Source: an uncultured delta proteobacterium
GTDB taxonomy: Bacteria > Myxococcota_A > Polyangia > Fen-1088
Assembly (NCBI GenBank): GCA_963767925.1
Contig: CAVYGB010000008.1
Coordinates: 1,120,001 to 1,184,000 of the forward strand
DNA: 64,000 nucleotides
Reading direction: 5' to 3'
Shown: positions 1-8,565 of the stretch, piece after piece
Layout of the letters: each line of letters starts with the position of its first letter
How positions within the stretch are numbered: the first letter of the stretch is position 1
The notes under the pieces: generated by a model
Seen by the model: only the letters and a program-made list of their open reading frames with translations
Database searches by the model: none
Told to the model about the DNA's origin: nothing
Translations under genes and position numbers: made by a program

Positions 1-186
1 GTGCCAGCGGACGAACCGCACCAGGTAGTTGGCCGCGGCCAGCCCGAGCGCCGCCAGGGCGGCGCCGGGAGCGAAGCCAGCGAGAGCCTCCCCGACCTTC
101 CCGGCGTCGGCCCAGATCGAGAAGCCGACGTAGACCGCAACCCCCACCGCCACGCCGATGAGGACGCGGGTGAGGAGCCCCTTCAC
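1..186 (-). CDS. N-terminal part of a lysylphosphatidylglycerol-synthase-TM / flippase-like (UPF0104/YbhN) membrane protein; runs off the window edge
   Basis: Not in the ORF track. Manual translation: [62 protein letters not shown]. The GTG start overlaps the typA stop (GTGA). Hydrophobic helices and an NYxxRxxRW motif are typical of this family. Confidence 0.6.
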   Translation of the reverse strand, partial: MKGLLTRVLIGVAVGVAVYVGFSIWADAGKVGEALAGFAPGAALAALGLAAANYLVRFVRWH

Positions 187-2051
187 GCCTCGACGCCCGC
201 GTCGCGCAGCTTCTCGACCCGTTTGCGTTCGTTGTGGTCGAGCACCCGCTTGCGCAGGCGGATCGCCTTGGGCGTGACCTCCACCAGCTCGTCTTCGTTG
301 ATGAACTCGAGCGCCGCCTCGAGGGACAGGTCCCGGGGCGGGGTCAGGAACAGCTTCTCGTCGGCCGCCGTGGTGCGGATGTTGGTGAGCTTCTTGGACT
401 TGGAAGGGTTGACGACGAGGTCGTTGTCGCGCGAGTGCATGCCGACGATCTGGCCGCCGTAGACCTTGATCCCCGGACCGAGGAAGAGGGCGCCGCGCTC
501 CTGCAGGGAGAAGAGGGCGTAGGTGTTGGTCTCCCCGTTCTCCTGGGCGATGATCACCCCGTTGGGCCGGGGCTTGATGGCCCCCGCGTAGGGCCCGTAG
601 TGGCTGAAGTTGTGGTGCAACACCCCGGTGCCCCGGGTGCCGGTGAGGAACTGCGAGCGGTAGCCGATGAGGCCCCGGGCCGGACAGATGTACTCCAGCC
701 TGGTACGGCCGGTGCCGGCCGGCTGCATGTCCTGCATGCGCCCGCCCCGGCGACCCAGCTCCTCGATGACGGTGCCGGCGAAGGCCTCGTCGAGGTCGAT
801 CACCACCTCCTCGTAGGGCTCCATCTTCTCGCCGTTGGCGCCCTCCTTGAAGATCACCTGCGGCTGGGAGACCGCCATCTCGTAGCCCTCCCGGCGCATG
901 GTCTCGATCAGCACCGACAGGTGCAGCTCACCCCGCCCCAGCACCTCGAAGGTGTCGGGCGTCTCCGTCTCCTTGACCCGCAGGGCGACGTTGGATTTGA
1001 TCTCCTTGTACAGCCGCTCGCGCAGGTTTCGCGAGGTCACGTAGCGCCCCTCGGTTCCCGAGAAGGGGCTGCTGTTGGCCATGAACTGCATCTGCACGGT
1101 GGGCTCCTCGATCTCGAGGAGCGGCAGCACCTGCGGTCGGGCCACCTCGGTGACGGTTTCGCCCACCGTCAGGTCGTGCATGCCCGTCACGGCGCAGATG
1201 TCGCCGGCGGCCACCTCGGCCAGCTCGAACCGCTTGAGCGACTGGTAGCCGAGCAGCTTGGCCACCCGGAAGTCTTCCCGCTTGCCGTCGCGGTGGATGC
1301 ACAGGGCCCGGTCGCCCTGGCGCAGGCGCCCCGAGAGCACCCGGCCGATTCCCACGTAGCCCAGGTAGTCGTCGTAGTCGAGGGTGACGACGTGCATGGC
1401 AAAAGGGGCGTCCCGATCGGCCACCGGCGGCGGCACCTTCTCCACCACCAGGTCGAGCAGGGGGCCGAGGTCGGTGCGTTCGTCGGTGAGCTTCCGGACC
1501 GCGAAGCCCTCCCGGCCCGAGGCATAGATGACCGGGAAGTCGAGCTGCTCATCGGTGGCGCCGAGCGCGACGAACAGGTCGAAGGTGTCGTTGACCGCGG
1601 CCTCCGGGTCGCAGCCGGCGCGGTCGATCTTGTTCACCACCAGGATCGGACGCAGGCCCAGGGCCAGCGCCTTGCGGGTGACGAAGCGGGTCTGGGGCAT
1701 GGGCCCCTCGAAGGCGTCCACCAGCAGGAGGACCGAGTCGACCATCTTGAGCACCCGCTCGACCTCGCCGCCGAAGTCGGCGTGGCCAGGGGTATCCACG
1801 ATGTTGATACGGGTCCCCTTCCAGGTGATGGCGGTGAACTTCGCCAGGATAGTGATTCCGCGCTCGCGCTCCAGATCGTTCGAGTCCATCGCGCAGTCCG
1901 CGACCACCTCGCCCGGGCGGAACGAACCTGCCTGTCGAAGGAAGCCATCGACGAGCGTCGTCTTTCCGTGATCGACGTGGGCAATGATCGCGATGTTGCG
2001 CACGTCGTCGCGGGCGACGGGGGAAGGGATCTGGGACGGCATCTGGGTCAT
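183..2051 (-). CDS. typA: Translational GTPase TypA/BipA
   Basis: [49 protein letters not shown] and C-terminal [14 protein letters not shown]. Start placed at ATG 2051. Confidence 0.97.
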   Translation of the reverse strand: MTQMPSQIPSPVARDDVRNIAIIAHVDHGKTTLVDGFLRQAGSFRPGEVVADCAMDSNDLERERGITILAKFTAITWKGTRINIVDTPGHADFGGEVERVLKMVDSVLLLVDAFEGPMPQTRFVTRKALALGLRPILVVNKIDRAGCDPEAAVNDTFDLFVALGATDEQLDFPVIYASGREGFAVRKLTDERTDLGPLLDLVVEKVPPPVADRDAPFAMHVVTLDYDDYLGYVGIGRVLSGRLRQGDRALCIHRDGKREDFRVAKLLGYQSLKRFELAEVAAGDICAVTGMHDLTVGETVTEVARPQVLPLLEIEEPTVQMQFMANSSPFSGTEGRYVTSRNLRERLYKEIKSNVALRVKETETPDTFEVLGRGELHLSVLIETMRREGYEMAVSQPQVIFKEGANGEKMEPYEEVVIDLDEAFAGTVIEELGRRGGRMQDMQPAGTGRTRLEYICPARGLIGYRSQFLTGTRGTGVLHHNFSHYGPYAGAIKPRPNGVIIAQENGETNTYALFSLQERGALFLGPGIKVYGGQIVGMHSRDNDLVVNPSKSKKLTNIRTTAADEKLFLTPPRDLSLEAALEFINEDELVEVTPKAIRLRKRVLDHNERKRVEKLRDAGVEA

Positions 2052-2182
2052 AGGAGGCGGGAGGTGTACCACGGCCCGGTGGTTGCGTCAGCGCGACCAG
2101 ACGCAGCATCGTCGCGCTCGGCAGAAATCTTGAGCTTTTTCGCCATCCGCTGCGCCGAGCCTCGTAGAGGTATGCTGTCCGC

Positions 2183-3091
2183 GTGAGTCAGCCGGCGGAC
2201 GCCCTCGATCCCACCCTGGCGGCGCTCGATCCGACCGAGCGGGCCTTCGTGCTGGGCTCGACGGTGCTCGGGCTGGGGCCGGAGAACGCGGCCGTCCTGG
2301 CGGGGCCCGCGGGCGAGCGTTGCGCTGCTGCGCTGCGGACGCTGGCCAAGGTCCCCCGCGACCAGAAGGCCGGCCGCATCGGCCAGCTCGCGCGCGAGCT
2401 GGGCGCGGCCTTTCCTCCTGCGGTCGAGATCGTGCACCCGAGCTGGCTGCCCAAGGCCCTGGCCGCCGAGCCCTCCGATCTCTTGCCCGCCCTGGTAGTG
2501 GGAGCCTCGCCCTCGGTCCGGCAGGCGGTTGGTGAGGTGATGCAGTCCCGCCGCGCCGAGGGGGAGCTGGCCAACCCGGCCACGCTCTCGCCCGAGCTCG
2601 CCGCCGAGCTACGACGGGTGGTCTTTGCCTCGCTGAGGCATGTCTTCGCTGCCTGCCAGGGGCCCCTGGCGGCGGTGCTCGAGCGCACCGGCCCGGGTGC
2701 CCTCCAGGAGGTGCGGCGCCTGGGCGCGCGGTCGCTGGGGGCCTCGCTGGCCGGCTCTCCGCACGAGGTGCTGGCGCGGGCCATGGCGGTGGTGGGCGGG
2801 AGCTTCGCCGGGGATCTTCGCCAGTCCGCCGAGGCGGCTGACCCCGCCGCCCGCCGGGAAGGGGAGGCCGACGTCAAGGCCGCCGCCGCGGACGCGGCCG
2901 CCACCTCCGAGGAGCGGCTCGAGCGGATCGGCCACCGGGCGATGCTCCGGCTGGCGCGGGCCCAGGACGACGAGGTCAAGCGGGCGGTGGCCCTGCGGTT
3001 GCCCCGCGAGCTGGGCAAACACCTCCTCGGCACGGGAGCGGCGGCCGAGGGGGCGCAGGGGGGACGGCGAGGAGCGGGCGACAGGCCATGA
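2183..3091 (+). CDS. Ala/Arg-rich hypothetical protein; positional SctK-like candidate (T3SS sorting platform)
   Basis: First gene of an operon with sctL and sctN, the position SctK occupies in sctJKL clusters. It contains an IVHPSWL motif. The function is inferred from position only. Confidence 0.4.
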   Translation: MSQPADALDPTLAALDPTERAFVLGSTVLGLGPENAAVLAGPAGERCAAALRTLAKVPRDQKAGRIGQLARELGAAFPPAVEIVHPSWLPKALAAEPSDLLPALVVGASPSVRQAVGEVMQSRRAEGELANPATLSPELAAELRRVVFASLRHVFAACQGPLAAVLERTGPGALQEVRRLGARSLGASLAGSPHEVLARAMAVVGGSFAGDLRQSAEAADPAARREGEADVKAAAADAAATSEERLERIGHRAMLRLARAQDDEVKRAVALRLPRELGKHLLGTGAAAEGAQGGRRGAGDRP

Positions 3092-3104
3092 GCAGGAGCG
3101 GGAC

Positions 3105-3692
3105 ATGGGTCGTTTGATGAAAGGCAAGGGGTACGTCGTGCCCCGGGTGGTGATGGGCGCACGCGAGCAGGCGGATCTCCTGCTCGCAGCGGCCCAGTCG
3201 GCCGCCGAGGAGGACCGCCGTCGCGGCTACGAGCAAGGGCTGACCGAGGGGCGCGAGGCCGCCCTCGCGGAGATGACCGAGATCCTGGTGCGGGCCCAGC
3301 AAGAGGCCGACGAGCTGCGCACCGCCAGCAAGGAGGCCGCCATCCCCATCGCCCGTCGCATGGCCGAGCGGATCGTGGGGCGAGCCCTCGAGCTGCACCC
3401 CAGCTTGATCGGCGACATCGCCGCCCAGGCGCTGGCCGCCAGCCGGGCCCGGTCCGGCCTGGTGACCTTGCGGGTGCACCCCGTCGACCTCGTGGCCCTC
3501 GAGCAGGAGCGCCCGCGCCTGGCGGCGCGCCTCGGTGGCGCCCTCGATCTGCAGCTCGTGGCCGACGAGGCCATCGTCCAGGGCGGTTGTATCGTCGAGA
3601 CCACCTCGGGCCGGCTGGACGCCCGCCTCGACCGCCAGCTCGACGCCATCGAAAAGGCCCTCGGGCAAAAGATGAGCGGCTCCCGTTCATGA
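3105..3692 (+). CDS. sctL: Type III secretion stator SctL / FliH family
   Basis: RBS AGGAG then ATG 3105. GxxxG repeat (RGYEQGLTEGRE), LRVHPVD and GGCIVETTSGRLDARLDRQL are FliH/SctL signatures. Confidence 0.85.
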   Translation: MGRLMKGKGYVVPRVVMGAREQADLLLAAAQSAAEEDRRRGYEQGLTEGREAALAEMTEILVRAQQEADELRTASKEAAIPIARRMAERIVGRALELHPSLIGDIAAQALAASRARSGLVTLRVHPVDLVALEQERPRLAARLGGALDLQLVADEAIVQGGCIVETTSGRLDARLDRQLDAIEKALGQKMSGSRS

Positions 3693-3704
3693 GAGGATGA
3701 GACC

Positions 3705-5027
3705 GTGGCAGGCGAAAGGCAGGCTCCGCTGATCGAGCTCGGGGAAGCGCTGGCGGCGCTCGACGAGATAAATCCCCTGCGCATCTCCGGCCGGGTGACC
3801 GAGGTGACCGGTCTGGTGGTCCGGGCCCTGGTCCCGGGCATCCGCATGGGCGAGATGGTGATCATCGAGTGCACCCCGCGTCTGCGGGCCGAGGTGGTGG
3901 GTTTTCGCGGCGACGAGGCGGTCCTGATGCCGCTCGGAGATCTCAGCGGGGTGGGGCCAGACGCCGCGGTCAGCCCGCTGGGCCGACCGCTCTCGATCCG
4001 GATGGGGGAGGGGGTGCTCGGGCGGGTGCTCGACGGCCTGGGTGAGCCGATGGACGGCCTCGGGCCTCTCGCCGGTCCTACCCAGGACTGGGCGGTCGAC
4101 CGAGCGGCGCCCGATCCCCTCCGCCGCCGCCGGGTCGATCGCCCCCTGACCCTCGGCGTGCGGGCCATCGATTCGTTGCTCACCGTGGGGGAGGGCCAAA
4201 GGGTGGGCGTCTTCGCCGGCTCCGGCGTCGGCAAGTCGACCCTCATGGGCCAGATCGCTCGCAACACGGAGGCCGACGTCAACGTCATCTGCCTGGTCGG
4301 CGAGCGTGGTCGCGAGGTCGTCGAGTTCATCGAGGACTCGCTCGGCGCCGAAGGGCGAGCCCGCTCGGTCGTGATCTGCGCCACCAGCGACGTGCCCAGC
4401 CTGGTCCGGCTCAAGTCGACCTTCGTCGCCACCTCGGTGGCAGAGTGGTTCCGCGACCGGGGCTTGCGGGTCCTGCTGATGATGGACTCGGTTACCCGGT
4501 TCGCCCGGGCCCAGCGCGAGGTCGGGCTGGCCGCCGGGGAGCCACCCGCGCGGCAGGGCTACCCGCCCAGCGTGTTCGCCATCATGCCCCGCCTGCTCGA
4601 GCGAACCGGCAACTCCGAGCTGGGATCGATCACGGCGCTCTACACCGTGCTGGTCTCCGGCGGCGACATGGAGGAGCCCATCGCCGACGAGGTGCGCGGT
4701 ATCCTCGACGGCCACATTATCCTGTCGCGCGACCTCGGCGCTCGCAACCACTGGCCGGCCATCGACGTCCTGCCCTCGCTGTCCCGGGTCATGCCGCTGG
4801 TCACCGACGCCGAGCACCGCAAGGCAGCCGGGCGCATGCGCGAGCTGATGGCCACCTACGAGCGCCAGCGCGACCTGATCCTGCTGGGCGCCTACCAGAA
4901 GGGCAGCGACCCACGCACCGACGAGGCCATCGCCAAGATCGACGTCATCAACGCCTTTTTGCGCCAGGGCGTCCAGGAGAACACCCCCTTTGCCGAGACC
5001 CGCCAGCGGCTGATCTCGCTGGTCTGA
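3705..5027 (+). CDS. sctN: Type III secretion ATPase SctN (FliI/YscN family)
   Basis: Walker A GSGVGKS, GERGRE, Walker B LLMMD and FARAQREVGLAAGEPP..GYPPSVF, which reads more like YscN than flagellar FliI. Confidence 0.93.
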   Translation: MAGERQAPLIELGEALAALDEINPLRISGRVTEVTGLVVRALVPGIRMGEMVIIECTPRLRAEVVGFRGDEAVLMPLGDLSGVGPDAAVSPLGRPLSIRMGEGVLGRVLDGLGEPMDGLGPLAGPTQDWAVDRAAPDPLRRRRVDRPLTLGVRAIDSLLTVGEGQRVGVFAGSGVGKSTLMGQIARNTEADVNVICLVGERGREVVEFIEDSLGAEGRARSVVICATSDVPSLVRLKSTFVATSVAEWFRDRGLRVLLMMDSVTRFARAQREVGLAAGEPPARQGYPPSVFAIMPRLLERTGNSELGSITALYTVLVSGGDMEEPIADEVRGILDGHIILSRDLGARNHWPAIDVLPSLSRVMPLVTDAEHRKAAGRMRELMATYERQRDLILLGAYQKGSDPRTDEAIAKIDVINAFLRQGVQENTPFAETRQRLISLV

Positions 5028-5047
5028 CGGGACCGAGGAGAATCGAG

Positions 5048-5392
5048 ATGACCGACTGCCTGTTCTGCAAGCTGCGCGACGGCGGCCTCCCCGCCCAGAT
5101 CACCTACCGCGACGACGACGTCCTCGCCTTCAAGGACATCAAGTCCCAGGCTCCGCTGCACGAGCTCGTGATCCCGACCCGGCACGTCAGCAGCCTCGCC
5201 ACCGCCAAGCCCGAAGACGCCGCCATCCTCGGCAAGCTCATGCTGGTGGCGGCCGAGCGGGCCCGCGACGCCGGATACGACGACAGCGGCTTCCGGGTGG
5301 TCATGAACTCCGGGGCCGACGCCGGCCAGACCGTCTTTCACGTGCACCTGCACGTGCTGGCCGGCCGCCGCCTGGGCTGGCCCCCCGGGTAG
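5048..5392 (+). CDS. hinT: Histidine triad nucleotide-binding protein (HIT)
   Basis: MTDCLFCK, AGQTVFHVHLHVL triad, C-terminal LGWPPG; RBS GAGGAG. Confidence 0.92.
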   Translation: MTDCLFCKLRDGGLPAQITYRDDDVLAFKDIKSQAPLHELVIPTRHVSSLATAKPEDAAILGKLMLVAAERARDAGYDDSGFRVVMNSGADAGQTVFHVHLHVLAGRRLGWPPG

Positions 5393-5416
5393 CTGGCAGG
5401 GCCGGCCCGGCCGGCC

Positions 5417-6394
5417 TCACAGCCGGACTTCGACCAGGGTCTTCTTGCGCAGCTCGCTGAGGTAGATCTTGGTCTGACGCTCCATCTCCTTCTGACGGAG
5501 CTGCAGGCGGAGCTGCTCCTTGACGTCGGCCAGGGGCTTGACGTCGGCGGCGCGGCGGTCGACCAGCTTGATCACGTGAAAGCCCTGGTTGCCGCGCACC
5601 GGACCGCCGATCTCGCCGACGCCCATGGAGAACACCAGCTCCTCCACCGGCTTGGGCAGCCCCATCTCCTTGCCGAAGTAGCCGAGGTCGCCACCTTCGG
5701 CCCGGGTGGCCCGGTCCTCCGATAGCTCCTTGGCCAGGGTGGCGAAGTCCTCCCCGGCCCGGGCCCGGGCCAGGATCTTGCGGGCGTACTCCTCGCGCTC
5801 GAGGACCTTGGCCGCGTCGGCGTTTTCGGGGATGGCGACGAAGATGTGGCTGACCTTGACGTTGTCGTTCTTGCCCGACTTCATGTTCCGCTCGTAGTAG
5901 CTCTCGACGTCGTTGTCGCTGACCTGGATCTTCGAGCCCACGGCGATGTTGATGACCCGGTAGCGCAGGATCTCCTTGCGGGTGTTCTGCCGGTAGGAGG
6001 CCAGGCTCATCCCCTGGCGTCGCAGCTCGTCGGCGAGCTGGGTGTCGCTGAGGCTGTAGTCCTTCTTGATCTGCTCGATCGAGCGGTCGACCTCCTCGCT
6101 GCTGACCGAGAGCTTGAGCTCGTTGGCCTGCTGGAGCAGCAGGTGCTCGTCGACGATCCGCTCGAGCACCTCCCGGCGGAGGGCGGACGTCCGCTGCTTG
6201 CGCTGGTTGGCGTCGGGCAGGGCCGCGATCTCCTCGAGGAAGGGCCGCGACCGTTCGTTGACCTCGCTCTCCAAGACGACCTCGTCACCCACCAGGGCGA
6301 CGATGCGTTCGACGATCCGGGCCTGGGCCGCGGTCGAGGAGGCGGCGGCGACGAGCGCCGCCGCCAGTGGAAGCAGATACTGGCGTTTGCTCAT
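5417..6394 (-). CDS. surA: SurA-like periplasmic chaperone / parvulin PPIase
   Basis: Signal peptide, IVERIVALVGDEVVLESE SurA N-domain, and rotamase motifs SHIFV..EDFATLAKELSED..GGDLG..GFHVIK. Confidence 0.82.
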   Translation of the reverse strand: MSKRQYLLPLAAALVAAASSTAAQARIVERIVALVGDEVVLESEVNERSRPFLEEIAALPDANQRKQRTSALRREVLERIVDEHLLLQQANELKLSVSSEEVDRSIEQIKKDYSLSDTQLADELRRQGMSLASYRQNTRKEILRYRVINIAVGSKIQVSDNDVESYYERNMKSGKNDNVKVSHIFVAIPENADAAKVLEREEYARKILARARAGEDFATLAKELSEDRATRAEGGDLGYFGKEMGLPKPVEELVFSMGVGEIGGPVRGNQGFHVIKLVDRRAADVKPLADVKEQLRLQLRQKEMERQTKIYLSELRKKTLVEVRL

Positions 6395-7302
6395 GGTGGG
6401 CTCTTGATGTCCTTCAGCTTGTCTTCGAAAACCTCGATTTTGACCCGTCCCCGCATCTCCTGCACCCATTCCTCGACTTTCTGCCCCCGCCGCTCCTGGT
6501 GCAGGCGGGTCCTGACCTGCCGCTTCACCTCCTCGAAGGGACGGAGGAACCCGGCCCGCCTTTGCGTCAGCCTGAGGATGTGAAACCCCTTTTCGGTCTC
6601 GACCGGGTCGGAGACGTCACCGATCTGCCGGAGAGCATGAGCGGCGTCGACCACGGGCCGGGGCGGCTCGGGGCTGTCGCGCTCCAGGAAGGTCAGGTCG
6701 CCGCCGCGTTGCTTCGAGTCCTCGTCCCGGGAGTGACGCTCGACGAGGCCCCGGAAGCCCTTCTCGTCGCGCGCCCCCAGGGCCCGGGCCTCCTGGACCA
6801 GGCGGGCGGCGCTCTCCCGATCCTTGACCAGGATCTGGCTCACCCGGACCGCCTCCTTCTGGGTGAACAGGTCGGCGTGGCTCCGGTAGTAGGGCTCGAG
6901 GTCGGCCTCCGGGATGTCCTCCGCCTTGAAGGTCGCGTCCAGCTCCTTGGCGATCATCTCCTCGATCGAGCGCTGCTTGACGAAGCGGACCACGTCGGGG
7001 TCCCGCCGGTAGCCCCGCTTGTCGGCCTCCATCGCCATCACCTCGAAGCGGATGAGGTTCTGCAGGAACTCCTTGCGCCGCTCTGGCGACCGGTAGCGGG
7101 CCTGGGCGTAGGGGGACTGGCGCCCGAGGTGCCGTTCGAAGTCGCTGCGGGTGATGGCCTTCCCGTCGATACGGGCCACCACCTCGGCCTCGTCCTGGCT
7201 CCCCGGCCCGCGCGCCGATCCCCCCGACCCTGCTTCCGTGCGGTCACAGGCGATCAGCAGGCCGAGCCCGAAGCCGATCCGTGCCGCGCACCCTGGGCGC
7301 AT
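6391..7302 (-). CDS. PpiC-type peptidyl-prolyl isomerase, probable lipoprotein (PrsA-like)
   Basis: LLIAC lipobox, VVARIDGKAIT, VSQILV..SKQRGGDL..GFHILRL. Stop overlaps the surA start (ATGA). Confidence 0.8.
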   Translation of the reverse strand: MRPGCAARIGFGLGLLIACDRTEAGSGGSARGPGSQDEAEVVARIDGKAITRSDFERHLGRQSPYAQARYRSPERRKEFLQNLIRFEVMAMEADKRGYRRDPDVVRFVKQRSIEEMIAKELDATFKAEDIPEADLEPYYRSHADLFTQKEAVRVSQILVKDRESAARLVQEARALGARDEKGFRGLVERHSRDEDSKQRGGDLTFLERDSPEPPRPVVDAAHALRQIGDVSDPVETEKGFHILRLTQRRAGFLRPFEEVKRQVRTRLHQERRGQKVEEWVQEMRGRVKIEVFEDKLKDIKSPP

Positions 7303-7443
7303 GGTCTCTAGATGACATGGTCGGCCCGCTGCCCGCAAGCGTGCGGGTTCACCTGCGACCCCGCCCCACACGACCGTCCTCTCCTGGGCCACCCCTTTGC
7401 TTCGATCGACCTGGGCGGTCCAGGTAGCGTAATTTAATAGGAC

Positions 7444-8541
7444 ATGGCACTGAGGTTGGGGGAGCTGCTCATGTCCCGGGGGTTGCTGACGTCCGAGCAG
7501 CTCGCGCAGGCCTTGCACGGCCAGAGCATCTTCGGTGGACGTCTGGGAACCAACCTCGTGGAGATGGGCTTCGTCACCGAGGAGCAGATCGCGGCCAGCC
7601 TGAGCCAGCAGCTCGGTCTGCCCTGCGCGCGCCCGCAATGGGTGGCGGCCATTCCCCGCGAGGTCATAAGCTGCATGTCCCGGGACATCGCCGAGCGGTA
7701 CCGGGTCATCCCCCTCAAGAAAGAGGGGCGAGAGCTGCACGTTGGGCTGGCCGATCCCCAGAACCTCGAGCGGGTGGACGAGCTGAGCTTCGCCACCGGC
7801 TGCCCCTTGCGCGCCTTCGTCATCACCGAGGTGACCCTGAACTACGCGCTCGAGCGGTATTACGGCATCCGGCGCGAGGTCCGCTACCTCAAGCTGGCCG
7901 GCGCCGAGTCGGCCGAGATGCGCCTCACCACCATCGCCGAGAGCGTCGACCATCGGATGGGCATGGCCACCCCGACGCCGGCGACGGCGGCCCACGCCCC
8001 GGCCGGTTCCGCGCTGGCGGCTCCCGGCACCCATGTCGCCCAGGCGCTCGCCGACACGCCCAACTCCGACCTCGTCGAGCGGCTGGCCAGCGTGATGTCC
8101 GACACCGACTTCCTGGAGATCGTGTTCGCCTTTCTGATCCGGCTGTTCGACGACGTCGCCATCCTGGTGCCGCGGGGCGAGTCGGTCCAGGGCATCATGA
8201 TCGGCAACGGGACCGCCCGCCGCCCCTACGCCAGCGCCCTGCACGCGCCCTGCGGGCCCGGCACCTTGCTGGGGGAGGTGGTCAGCAAGGCCCAGATCGC
8301 CTACCGGGCCGAGCTCACCGACGACGGCCTGCTCGCCTTCTGTCACGCGGCCGGCATCCGCGCGGCCCGCATCGCCGTCATCCCCATCTTCGACAACCGG
8401 GCGCCCGTGCTGATCGCGCTCGGGCAGGGGATGGAGCAGCCGATCCTCGTCGAATACATCGACCAGATCCGGACCTTCCTGGCCAAGGCCTCGAGCGCCT
8501 TCCAGATCATCGCCCTGCGCAAGCAGATCCTCGCGCGCTGA
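7444..8541 (+). CDS. Stand-alone MshEN / T2SSE_N domain protein (c-di-GMP receptor candidate), no ATPase domain
   Basis: Tandem 24-aa motifs RLGELLMSRGLLTSEQLAQALHGQ and RLGTNLVEMGFVTEEQIAASLSQQ with a 5-aa linker, then a T2SSE_N-like domain. No Walker A motif. Confidence 0.85.
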   Translation: MALRLGELLMSRGLLTSEQLAQALHGQSIFGGRLGTNLVEMGFVTEEQIAASLSQQLGLPCARPQWVAAIPREVISCMSRDIAERYRVIPLKKEGRELHVGLADPQNLERVDELSFATGCPLRAFVITEVTLNYALERYYGIRREVRYLKLAGAESAEMRLTTIAESVDHRMGMATPTPATAAHAPAGSALAAPGTHVAQALADTPNSDLVERLASVMSDTDFLEIVFAFLIRLFDDVAILVPRGESVQGIMIGNGTARRPYASALHAPCGPGTLLGEVVSKAQIAYRAELTDDGLLAFCHAAGIRAARIAVIPIFDNRAPVLIALGQGMEQPILVEYIDQIRTFLAKASSAFQIIALRKQILAR

Positions 8542-8565
8542 CCGGTCCGGACGCGCCGCGGCCGA

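Noticed and set aside
234..2186. 650-aa plus-strand ORF and similar long shadow ORFs (9025..12927, 15013..18984, 27602..29383, 34661..37252, 52168..54006)
   Set aside because: They are antisense to well-supported genes. Stop-poor reverse frames are expected in high-GC DNA, and they show no recognisable motifs.
3105..5027. Flagellar fliH-fliI interpretation
   Set aside because: No fliF/fliG upstream or fliJ downstream, and the ATPase motif FARAQRE.GLAAGEPP is YscN-like. Not fully excluded without a phylogeny.
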